IMG/VR virus record: IMGVR_UViG_3300027861_000001
Location: 32,001 to 96,000 of that record
From: a virus
Reading direction: 5' to 3' (one strand)
DNA length: 64,000 nucleotides
Below are positions 49,309-58,483 of the stretch, piece by piece. Both the position numbers and the translations under genes were made by a program. The first letter of the stretch is position 1; each line of letters starts with the position of its first letter. The notes under the pieces were generated by a model that was not told the origin of the DNA, did no database searches, and saw nothing but the letters and a program-made list of their open reading frames with translations.

Positions 49309-49525
49309 CTCGAAACGCGTGAGATCACCTCGAAACACTTAAAATTTTACCCTGAAAATTTACCTGGTCAACTCGTGATTTTTGCGTTTTTCGTCAGGCA
49401 CATAGAGCATACATACTGGGCAGGTTTTATTTTTTTACCGGCTTGGTCTCTTACCCTTACTAACTGAAACTCAGCCTCACCGCAGTTACTACACACCGTT
49501 CTTTTTAAACCGTCCTTCATCATGC

Positions 49526-50116
49526 TTATATCCTTATTATCTGCTTACCCTTCTTTAAAGTAATTTCCAAATTGGTTAATTTCTTCTCTTCAAAATAAGC
49601 AACTCCATAACCTTTATGAATCATTGGTAGTGAAATACAAAACGTATTCTTGTGAAATTTTGTTTTGTAAGCATGGACGTGCCCAAAGACATAAATACTG
49701 GGACTGATATAGTTTAATAAATCCCTCAGAACAAGCTCACCTTTTCCTTCAAACATACCATAAGGTGCCTGATGGGTTACTAGGATATCTACATTAATCA
49801 TATGTGAAATATTAAGAACGCTACGAAAAGTTTTCTTATTTAATAATCCATTTAACCCAGCTATCGCTAATCCATTTATTACTTGATAAGACACTAACCT
49901 AGTAAAGAACTCAGCATTGTCATGATTACCTTTAACAAAGTAACCTTCTTTTTGCCACTTATCTATTATCTTAATGTTCTCTGGTGTTACATCCTCAGTA
50001 GTACCAACGTCTCCAACCGAGATAAAGAAATCAAACGGTTTTTCTGCTTCCAGAACAGCGTCTAATTCTTCAAACTTACCATGAACATCACCTATTAACA
50101 GTATCTTCGTCATCAT
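49526..50116 (-). CDS. metallophosphoesterase
   Basis: GDVHG, VGDVG, GNHD, TH, GHVH. Confidence 0.88.
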   Translation of the reverse strand: MMTKILLIGDVHGKFEELDAVLEAEKPFDFFISVGDVGTTEDVTPENIKIIDKWQKEGYFVKGNHDNAEFFTRLVSYQVINGLAIAGLNGLLNKKTFRSVLNISHMINVDILVTHQAPYGMFEGKGELVLRDLLNYISPSIYVFGHVHAYKTKFHKNTFCISLPMIHKGYGVAYFEEKKLTNLEITLKKGKQIIRI

Positions 50117-50534
50117 CTAATTTAACCTTACCGTCAGAACCAAACACAAAGTTGAATATATTAATTTGTCGATTGATTCTGTACCCTGAGCGTGTTATCA
50201 CATACTCGCAAAACTTTTTTTCTTCTTCTGTAACTTCTCTTTTAAGCTTCTCTTCTACTAAAGAAATCACTTGTGCGTCGTCCATACCCATAGCGCAAGA
50301 AAGCTTCTCCACTAACGAATTAAAGCTTCTATACAACGTAGCGAGATGGATGTCAAGCATCTGGGCAACCTCTTTAGGGGTGTACTGCTCTTTGAACAAA
50401 TCCAATATTTGCTGTTCCTTTTTTGTTAATAAATCTTGTTTATACAACGTTGAAGCTGCAATATCCAAGTCTAACCTATCATCTTCGCTTACTTTATAAT
50501 AATTCTTAATAATGAATTTAACAATAACTGACAT
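50088..50534 (-). CDS. HTH (LuxR/sigma-4-like) DNA-binding protein
   Basis: LTKKEQQIL..TPKEVAQMLDIHLATLYR. Confidence 0.65.
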   Translation of the reverse strand: MSVIVKFIIKNYYKVSEDDRLDLDIAASTLYKQDLLTKKEQQILDLFKEQYTPKEVAQMLDIHLATLYRSFNSLVEKLSCAMGMDDAQVISLVEEKLKREVTEEEKKFCEYVITRSGYRINRQINIFNFVFGSDGKVKLDDDEDTVNR

Positions 50535-50537
50535 TAC

Positions 50538-51281
50538 TTATCGCATCCACGGCTCTAGTTTCCTCGTCTTATCTAAGCAATGTTCTAAGAAGAAGCAGCG
50601 AGAACAGTCTCTTCCAAGGTGTCTAACATATACACCCGACCTCATTTTTTTCTCTAGCTTATCTAGCTCACCAGCCAGCATTTCAAAATCTTTCTCTGTC
50701 CTAGTAGTAACTAAATCCTTCATAGTTCCTAAGTGCCTAAGAATCAGACTACTTTCTGGTTCACCAAACAATTTACGATACGCATAACTATACATAGTAA
50801 ATTGTAAATCAAAGTCTAGTTGAAGTTGTGTAGGTTTCACACCAGTTTTATAATCTATTACTCTTTTTCTATCATCTATTTGGTCTATAACACCGATAAG
50901 TGTATGATTACCTATTGGTAATCCACCACCTGAAAAACCAAAGCGATACTCAAGCTCTTTTGGTGCTTTTATGCCTTTTACAAAGTTATCATAGTATGTA
51001 CCAAGCATTTCTTGACCTTTATCCAACTTTTTTATATACTCATTATTAACTGTATAACTGATGTTGGCTTGTGCATTAGCAGTAATCCACTCAGTCTTAA
51101 ACAGCTTTATCCAAGCATCTCTTGGTAAGTCATTAACATAACCTAAATGAATTGCTTTATGAACAGCTGTACCAAAAACAGATGCGGCTGTTTCTTGTAG
51201 TTGAACTTTCTTTATGTATCGCAAGTAGTATTGATACTCGCAAGCCATAAAACTATTCACCATTGTATACGAAAACCTCAT
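50538..51281 (-). CDS. PD-(D/E)XK RecB/Cas4-like exonuclease
   Basis: GTAVH, GVIDQID, IDYKTG, QFTMY, C-terminal CSRC..C. Confidence 0.88.
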   Translation of the reverse strand: MRFSYTMVNSFMACEYQYYLRYIKKVQLQETAASVFGTAVHKAIHLGYVNDLPRDAWIKLFKTEWITANAQANISYTVNNEYIKKLDKGQEMLGTYYDNFVKGIKAPKELEYRFGFSGGGLPIGNHTLIGVIDQIDDRKRVIDYKTGVKPTQLQLDFDLQFTMYSYAYRKLFGEPESSLILRHLGTMKDLVTTRTEKDFEMLAGELDKLEKKMRSGVYVRHLGRDCSRCFFLEHCLDKTRKLEPWMR

Positions 51282-51827
51282 TATACTCCTTTTTCAGTGG
51301 TTGGAATACCACCGGCTCTGCTTATGTGATAATTATCACTTACATAAAATTCTTTGGTTGCTTTCCACACATCCATATCGTTGTACACTTGTCGCATCTC
51401 TCGTTTCTTTTCCTTTATATCTAATCTATACTGGACTAGTGCCAACTTCTGCTCTTCGTTGTTACCAATTATTTTTACTTGGTCTACTATTTTTCCCTTT
51501 TTCTTTGCGTTTAATGCCTCCATAACACACTCTGCCTCATACAACCTCAAATCATCTTCCATTCCTTCACATTCAGCCCTAAGATCAGTTACCCTTCTTA
51601 ACAGCCTCGCATATTCGTCAGTGTCTGGTCTGCTAACTATCATAAATCCCCTTTACGTTTTTATTATACTTCTACTAAGCATCGGGAGGCCACCAAGGTT
51701 GTTCTTTGGTGTCCAATTTGCATATAACCATTTAAGTCCATCATAAACAGTAAGTTCTGGTCTAACCTCTTCATCTACCATATTCCAAAGCTCAAAACAA
51801 GCCTCAAACCACGCGTCCGATAAATTG

Positions 51828-52847
51828 CTATCCATCTGATTCATCAACCTCGTCATCTTGATTTTGTTCAATAGAAACGATGGACTCCGCAAGATATTTT
51901 ACCTTCAACTCTTCTTCAAACTCAGGATGTTCTAATACATAATCAGCAACTTTGCTCAAACCTTGCCACCTTAACTCAGTGCCATAATTATACCATGCTC
52001 CAGACTTTTCTAATATATTTGATTCTACACAAACCCTAAGTAAATCTTTAGTTTTATCAATACCTGTTAAATGACAAACATCAAACTCGGTAGTTCCGTG
52101 CGGTGTTACGTCGTCAAATTTAGCTTTCTGAACAATAACATCACTTATATGTCTTGCGTTTACTTTATCCACATCATGCTTATTCATTCTAATTTTCAAG
52201 TCTGTGTAATACTGTAACGCTCTACCACCAATGGGTTTTTCATATGCCATGAAGCTAGACCCCGACATGTCTATTCTTAAATGATTAACAACGATTAAAA
52301 TAGCCTCTCTAGTCCTAAGAACAATATTATTTTTATCCAAAAATCTACTTATTAATCTAGCTTTAGCACCTATCGCGTTATCGTCCGGTGTTAAACCACC
52401 TATAGAATCAACTATAAATACCTTAGCGTCTGAGTTTCTTAAAAGTTCGCTAAGAACATCAAGAGTGTCTTCTCCGTTGTCTGTCCTCCAAACAACCCAA
52501 TTATCAGAATTAACATCTACTCCGATAGATGTTGCATGCTCTGCTGAGTATGTTTCTAACGGAATTAAAACAGTCTCTAATCCTGCCCCTAAAGCACTTG
52601 CAGATATATGATAAGAAAGAGTAGTTTTTCCTGCCCCCTCTGGGCCATATACCTGAACAATAGTACCACCAGGAATACCACCGCCTAGAATTCTGTCTAG
52701 GCTTAAAATACCAGTAGGTAGCTTCCAACTAGCTTTACCTGTTGGAATATCAACACCAATCTTCTTTTTCTTTTTGTCTTTAGATGCCGGTTTAGCATCA
52801 TTCTCCTTTTTTATGGTTTGAACTATATCTCTTGCACTTTTCCCCAT
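51828..52847 (-). CDS. recA: RecA/UvsX recombinase
   Basis: TGILSLDRILGGG, GPEGAGKTT, IVDSIG, GGRALQYY, SGAWY. Confidence 0.92.
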   Translation of the reverse strand: MGKSARDIVQTIKKENDAKPASKDKKKKKIGVDIPTGKASWKLPTGILSLDRILGGGIPGGTIVQVYGPEGAGKTTLSYHISASALGAGLETVLIPLETYSAEHATSIGVDVNSDNWVVWRTDNGEDTLDVLSELLRNSDAKVFIVDSIGGLTPDDNAIGAKARLISRFLDKNNIVLRTREAILIVVNHLRIDMSGSSFMAYEKPIGGRALQYYTDLKIRMNKHDVDKVNARHISDVIVQKAKFDDVTPHGTTEFDVCHLTGIDKTKDLLRVCVESNILEKSGAWYNYGTELRWQGLSKVADYVLEHPEFEEELKVKYLAESIVSIEQNQDDEVDESDG

Positions 52848-53386
52848 ATCCTATCCTCCGAAATAACTTCGACTTTTACTCCTGCATCCCTTAACATGTC
52901 CTTACTTTTTAATCCTACTTTCCAAGCCTCAGTCCACTCTACACAAACTATCCTAGCTATTTTTGCGTTAATTAACTCTTTAGCACAATTAGGACATGGT
53001 ACAGGACAATAACAATAAAGTGTTGATCCCTCTATAGAAACTCCGAATCTGGCTGCTTGACAAATTACATTTGCTTCAGCGTGTACTGCTGGACAATGCT
53101 CCATCCCCTCTCCAGATGCGTATCCCATTTCTCTCCTAGGACAAATATCACTTTGTTTTGTAGGTTTGTAATCACCCTTACTGTCTCTGTACTCACAATG
53201 AGTAATACCAGAAGCAGGTCCATTATACCCAGTAGAAACTATGTGATTGTCTTTAACCGCAACAGCCCCTATTTTCCTAGATAAACACTTACTGTGCTCT
53301 GAAACTAAATTAGCTACCTTTAAAAAATGAATATCTAGTATTAACTGTCTTTGTCTTTCTTCTGCTACTGTTCTGTTACTAGTCAC
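52823..53386 (-). CDS. dCMP deaminase
   Basis: TGYNG, HAEAN, PCPNCAK. Confidence 0.92.
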   Translation of the reverse strand: MTSNRTVAEERQRQLILDIHFLKVANLVSEHSKCLSRKIGAVAVKDNHIVSTGYNGPASGITHCEYRDSKGDYKPTKQSDICPRREMGYASGEGMEHCPAVHAEANVICQAARFGVSIEGSTLYCYCPVPCPNCAKELINAKIARIVCVEWTEAWKVGLKSKDMLRDAGVKVEVISEDRIWGKVQEI

Positions 53387-53405
53387 TTATTACCGTCTCC
53401 AATCA

Positions 53406-55340
53406 TTATTTTGGTATTAAATATAACTGTTGCCTATCTGTATTATCTTCGGGGTGGTTTTCTCCACCCCACGCATCTTTAATTTCCAAATCCACTAATA
53501 TAGGAACTTGTTTAAGGAATTTCCTTGCACCTTCAATCATGGTATCATTAACAATGCGAGCCGCTATTATTGCATTTTCTTCAGGAACCTCAACGCACAC
53601 CTCATCATGAATTGTGTTTACAAGTCTACCACCAATTTTTTGTAGTGGATAGAACATTAGAATAATGGCTGTTTTCGTCATGTCAGCACTTGTACCTTGA
53701 ATTGGATGATTTTTTCCAACTCTTATATAATAATTTTCCAACCTTCTACGCTCTTTAAAGTCAATGTCCCTTTTACTAAGGTCTGGAAACCACCTACAAC
53801 GCCCACCAACAGTTCTAGTTAATCCTTTCTCTAAAGCCTTATTACCTGCGTTAGTTAAGTACTCAATCAGAACACTGTAAGTATTTTTATATCTTTCCAA
53901 ATGTTCAGCAGCCACACTTAAACTACAACCTATTCTTTCGGACAAGGTTTTAACTTCCATTCCATAAATGATTCCAAAGTTCAAAGTTTTTGCTGCCCTA
54001 CGAAGATCATCATCAACGTCCTCAGTATCATACATGTCTCTGGCTGTTGACCAATGCAAGTCTTCACCTTTAGCAAGAGCAGCTAGCATTAATGGATCAC
54101 CACTCAACTCAGCGGCTAATCTAAGCTCTATTTGAGAATAGTCAGCCACAATAAACTTACAACCTTTCTCTGGAACAAAACACGCTCTCAAGATTTTTCC
54201 GTCTTTTCCCTTCTTCTTTATATTCTGAAGATTTGGGTCTGAGCTGCTAAGTCTACCACTATCTGTCCCAGTTTGATGAAATCTGGCGTGTATCCTCCCA
54301 TCTTTAGCAATGTGCCCAAGCAAGCTCTCTCCGAATGTCTTTTCAACCTGCTTAACTTCCCTATAATCAACCAAGCTTTTTATAATTTGTTTCTTTTTAT
54401 CGTCATCACACATAGATATAGCATAAAGCAAAGTAGCGTTATTGGTCAATCCTTTTCTAGTTACTTTATTAGCTCTATTTAAGTCAATTCCTACCGCATC
54501 AAATGCTTCATTTACTTGTTGCCAACTATCTAGATTAAGAACTGGTGGTGGTTTAGGAACAGCGTTATTTTTGTACGGTGTTCCATCCTTCTTTATCCTC
54601 ACAGGTTTTGGTGGAGGTGGTAATGGAGCAGGAAGCTCATCACGTAAGAACCGACTCAAATTAAACACTCTCTCATTAATTTGTACTAATGTTTTTCTCC
54701 ACTTAACAGCATCAAGCTTTATACCAGCAATCTCCATATGAGCAATAGGTTCTATTAACCTAAACTCTAGGTTCGATATGGCAGTCATCTTAAACTCTTT
54801 TATATACCTTTGCTGATTCTTCATGATATCAATTAGATACCAAACATCCAGCGCGGAATACTCTAACTGCTCGTCAGTAAAAACACCATTCTCGTGGTCG
54901 AAGTCAACAAACGTTTGCCTTACCTGCTTATCAAGAGTAACATCACAATACTTCTTAACTAGCTGTAATAAGTTTGTGCGAACATTGTACATACCAGCAT
55001 GTAGTAATTTCTCAGCAATTTGTGTATCATATATTCCCTTTACTGATATGCCAGCTTTAACATATAACATTTTGTAATCAAAATTTGCATTTTGAATAAT
55101 TTTAGTATATGCTCTATCTTCTAACACTTCCTTAAGTGGGGATAAATCAACCTTCCTTGCATCAATTACGTATGCCACATCACCAACCAACAACTGAACA
55201 AGCAACAGTTTAACGTTATCATCTAAATAATCTAGTCCAGTAGTTTCTGTATCTAGAGGAATAAATTGTTGTTTCTTTGCTTCTTCAACTATATTAGGAA
55301 CGTCTTCTTGTTTAATAATATATTTGTATATTAAGTCCAT
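53406..55340 (-). CDS. polA: DNA polymerase family A with 3'-5' exonuclease
   Basis: DTETTGL, GRLSSSDPNLQN, DYSQIELR, AKTLNFGIIYG, IQGTSAD, HDE. Confidence 0.96.
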   Translation of the reverse strand: MDLIYKYIIKQEDVPNIVEEAKKQQFIPLDTETTGLDYLDDNVKLLLVQLLVGDVAYVIDARKVDLSPLKEVLEDRAYTKIIQNANFDYKMLYVKAGISVKGIYDTQIAEKLLHAGMYNVRTNLLQLVKKYCDVTLDKQVRQTFVDFDHENGVFTDEQLEYSALDVWYLIDIMKNQQRYIKEFKMTAISNLEFRLIEPIAHMEIAGIKLDAVKWRKTLVQINERVFNLSRFLRDELPAPLPPPPKPVRIKKDGTPYKNNAVPKPPPVLNLDSWQQVNEAFDAVGIDLNRANKVTRKGLTNNATLLYAISMCDDDKKKQIIKSLVDYREVKQVEKTFGESLLGHIAKDGRIHARFHQTGTDSGRLSSSDPNLQNIKKKGKDGKILRACFVPEKGCKFIVADYSQIELRLAAELSGDPLMLAALAKGEDLHWSTARDMYDTEDVDDDLRRAAKTLNFGIIYGMEVKTLSERIGCSLSVAAEHLERYKNTYSVLIEYLTNAGNKALEKGLTRTVGGRCRWFPDLSKRDIDFKERRRLENYYIRVGKNHPIQGTSADMTKTAIILMFYPLQKIGGRLVNTIHDEVCVEVPEENAIIAARIVNDTMIEGARKFLKQVPILVDLEIKDAWGGENHPEDNTDRQQLYLIPK

Positions 55341-55681
55341 TAAAGTGTCCCATCAGCACTAGTATATGTATAAGGCCCAGTTGTTGTTATAGTTGTCGTA
55401 TCGTAAGTAGGGTTGCTTGTTGTAGCCCAAGAACTCCCACCGTCCGAATACGTATACGGAATATTCCAAGCAGGTGTACTAGGATTAAGATTATCTTTTA
55501 GATGTTCTACTATTTGAATCAATGCAGCTTCTCTGCCTAACCCTTGTGCCATAAGAGCCTCAAACATTCCTTGAAGATTGTCATCTGAGAATATCTTCTC
55601 TTGCGTAAAACATTGAAATCTTTGATCACAAGTCTCACACAAACATTTTTTGGTTCCAGCTTTACTTTTGTGGTTTATCAT
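55340..55681 (-). CDS. protein with N-proximal tag
   Basis: CETCDQRFQCFTQ. Confidence 0.68.
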   Translation of the reverse strand: MINHKSKAGTKKCLCETCDQRFQCFTQEKIFSDDNLQGMFEALMAQGLGREAALIQIVEHLKDNLNPSTPAWNIPYTYSDGGSSWATTSNPTYDTTTITTTGPYTYTSADGTL

Positions 55682-56030
55682 TCTTTTCACACTCACAATT
55701 AGTACAAGAGTCAGCGTCTTCACTACACCCAAACGCCAAGTCAATATAGTTGTGTGCATCAAAAATAGTGTCTTTAACAGACTCGTTCTCAGGTGTTTTA
55801 CCTTGACTTTTAAGATTGTTCCATCTATCCATCTTCAGCATCAATAAGAACATTGCGCAATCTTGAGAACTTCGACGTGGATCGATGTCTAAAGTCTTAC
55901 AAAGAACATGCATCCTCTTAAAGTTACTCAGAACATCTGTTGTCGCATAATCGTGACTCTTTCCTATTAATAATTTTTGTCTTTCCTTCTCAATATCTTT
56001 TACTAATTTCTCAAATTCCTTTCCTTCCAC
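55662..56030 (-). CDS. DUF1599-like nucleotide-modification-associated protein
   Basis: KSHDYA..NF..KMDR..ESVKDTIFDAHNY. Confidence 0.6.
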   Translation of the reverse strand: MEGKEFEKLVKDIEKERQKLLIGKSHDYATTDVLSNFKRMHVLCKTLDIDPRRSSQDCAMFLLMLKMDRWNNLKSQGKTPENESVKDTIFDAHNYIDLAFGCSEDADSCTNCECEKNDKPQK

Positions 56031-56379
56031 TGCTAGTTCTCCTAATTATTTATTACTGGTACTATGTTTGGTAAAAATATGCTGCTAACTTCTAGTGTAG
56101 GATGATAATCTTTACTTATAACCACCCTAAAGGACTGAACACCACGAAGCATAGACTCACCCGCAAATAAAAGTGTATTTTCTGGAGTACCATCACTTAA
56201 AAGCGTATATTCACCAAGTAAAGCGATGTTTCCCAAACCTTCTACCAGCTCGCTATTTATAACCACAGCGATTTTATCCAAGTCTGCCCATATCTCTATC
56301 AACTTAATGTCTTTAACCTCGTTATCATCAATAAAAACTTTTGTGTTTTGATATGAACCATCACCTTTTATTATTAACA

Positions 56380-57315
56380 TTACCTTGCCACCGAAATTAA
56401 AGTTGCAGACTTACTACCTTTTCTAACTCTATTGACAGCACCACAAGCTTCACATCTATATGTTTGATAAATATTAACTGTAGCCCTATACGGTTTAGTA
56501 AGTTCTGTCAGTTTCAAACCACCACAATTAGCACAAACTTTCTCATCCGTGTCTAGGTACATTCCCATATTAGGGTGACTCTTAACCCAAGGACGTAATT
56601 TTATGTATACTTCCTCTAGTAGTTGAACATCTTGCCTATTATATACAACCATATTATCAAGAGACTCTTGGTCACCATTCATACATCCAGACCACAGCGC
56701 AAAAGAAGTTTTTATCTTGCTGTCACCAACAAGTTGAAACCCTAACCAATCTAGTTTGCGACTCGTAAAGTACATTTTTTTAGTCACTTTTAGTGTGTCT
56801 ATGCTCTGGTACGGTGATGGAGGTAGCATATCGTACATCATGAACCTTCCGTTCACCCAAGGTAAATCAAAGTTATCTCCATTGTGTGATATTATAATAT
56901 CTGCCTCGTCAATCAGCTCCCACAATGCTTTCACAACTTGTTTGTCGTTACCAGCTTTAGCATCCTTTGGTGATATACAAGCACTCATTACTGTGTCACT
57001 GAACAACCACTTCGCAGACCAACATATAATGTACGCCGGTCTAACAATTTGGTCAATACTAATGTTCTGTTTAAACAACCCCCAAGAATAAACTACGTTC
57101 GGGGCTGTCTCTATGTCAAATACCAGAATTTTAGCTTCTTTTTTCTCTGTTAAGGTCGTCATCAACCTAGTTATTTTGTTGTGAACAGCGTCCCTAGAGA
57201 AATTTTCCGAAAATTCGTTAGTCATCATTTCAGCAATTTTTGATTCGCTGAAACGTTGCTCATCAGCATGTAGGCTAACAAGCTTACTTACTTTTGGTTG
57301 TGTCCAATCAATCAT
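56380..57315 (-). CDS. DnaQ/RNase H-like 3'-5' exonuclease with Zn ribbon
   Basis: FDIETAP, HNGDNFD, YNRQDV. Confidence 0.85.
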   Translation of the reverse strand: MIDWTQPKVSKLVSLHADEQRFSESKIAEMMTNEFSENFSRDAVHNKITRLMTTLTEKKEAKILVFDIETAPNVVYSWGLFKQNISIDQIVRPAYIICWSAKWLFSDTVMSACISPKDAKAGNDKQVVKALWELIDEADIIISHNGDNFDLPWVNGRFMMYDMLPPSPYQSIDTLKVTKKMYFTSRKLDWLGFQLVGDSKIKTSFALWSGCMNGDQESLDNMVVYNRQDVQLLEEVYIKLRPWVKSHPNMGMYLDTDEKVCANCGGLKLTELTKPYRATVNIYQTYRCEACGAVNRVRKGSKSATLISVAR

Positions 57316-57324
57316 GTTTTCTCC

Positions 57325-57963
57325 TTACAACTCTCTTGCCCAATCCCAAGCATATTCGTATAAATGTAATCCTTTACTAGTTGCTATCAGTTCACCATCA
57401 TCAACACCTATAGCTTTTGCCATAGACTCTTTTAGCAACTGTAATCCACCTAGGTTCACAGGGAATCCTCCCCACAAATCCCATGAACGAAAATAAACAA
57501 AAAAGTTCAACTTACCTTCTTTTATTCTTGTATCAACAACACGCAGACATGGTGGATGTTCTTGATAAATAGAACCAACATCACCAATGTTCATCGTAAG
57601 TTGATTACACTCATGCCCGTCTCTGTCATACCTTAACAACACTTCAGTAAGTTGAGGAACCAAGTATTGCCCATAAGTATAAATCTCATTTGCTTCTAAG
57701 CAATTCCTAAGAAGCTCTTCACTGTGGTAATGTTCAATTTCCTTATCAGTGCAAGGGCTTGGAATTCCGTCTGGAATATCTGGTGCTAATGGTTTTGTAG
57801 ATGGTTGTTTAATTTGAACAGTTACAAAATCAAATTCCAATCTTCTTGTCCCTTCAAAACTCCCCTTATCAATAGTGTATATATTTCCTTTCTTTAAAAT
57901 CTCTCTGTTGCACAGAAAGAACGCTTCCGACAAGTCTCTTGCTTCAATTGTTGTTATGTTCAC
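57325..57963 (-). CDS. thyA: thymidylate synthase (short, archaeal-like type)
   Basis: YTYG, PPCLR, FRSWDLWGGFPVN, LHLY. Confidence 0.88.
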   Translation of the reverse strand: MNITTIEARDLSEAFFLCNREILKKGNIYTIDKGSFEGTRRLEFDFVTVQIKQPSTKPLAPDIPDGIPSPCTDKEIEHYHSEELLRNCLEANEIYTYGQYLVPQLTEVLLRYDRDGHECNQLTMNIGDVGSIYQEHPPCLRVVDTRIKEGKLNFFVYFRSWDLWGGFPVNLGGLQLLKESMAKAIGVDDGELIATSKGLHLYEYAWDWAREL

Positions 57964-58469
57964 TACTTATTCTTTCCTTTTTTAAGTCTATCATTTTCTG
58001 CTTGTAAAGCAAAAATTTGATCTTTTAGCTCCTTGTTTTCCATAGCTACTTGTGTAGCGTTTGAAATAAGACCATCTACTCTTTTGTAATCTATATACAA
58101 ATCATTTACTTCTTCTAATAGTGTAGACATTACCTCGAACGGGATTATAAGGTACTTTTCGTTGGTAAACTTAAGTTTCATTGCCCAAAACGGAAGAAAC
58201 TCCATTTGTTTAGATTGCTCTTTGTGCTTATCGAACCATTCTCTTTTTAAGGTCATTGATTTGGCTCTTGCGTCTGGTCTAGAGTAACCGTGTTTACACT
58301 CACCAACCATTAATTTTGATAACCACGGAAAGTCCCATCTACAATCTCCAGCCAACCTAGTTATCCCCTCAGTAGTACCATAAGCTCCTGACCTAGGAAC
58401 TCTCTTTCCATAACTACCAGCTAAATCAGCTGTTTCTCTTTCGAACTCTTGTCCTTTTTTGGTTGCCAT
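57963..58469 (-). CDS. Hjc-like Holliday junction resolvase
   Basis: KKGQEFERE..SGA..GD..ECK. Confidence 0.65.
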   Translation of the reverse strand: MATKKGQEFERETADLAGSYGKRVPRSGAYGTTEGITRLAGDCRWDFPWLSKLMVGECKHGYSRPDARAKSMTLKREWFDKHKEQSKQMEFLPFWAMKLKFTNEKYLIIPFEVMSTLLEEVNDLYIDYKRVDGLISNATQVAMENKELKDQIFALQAENDRLKKGKNK

Positions 58470-58483
58470 AAACTCCTCACTTA

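Noticed and set aside
50538-51281. C-terminal CSRCFFLEHC as another tag copy or as evidence of a CRISPR Cas4
   Set aside because: It lacks the R[FY] and T positions. It is the normal metal-binding motif of RecB/Cas4-like phage exonucleases in a replication module.
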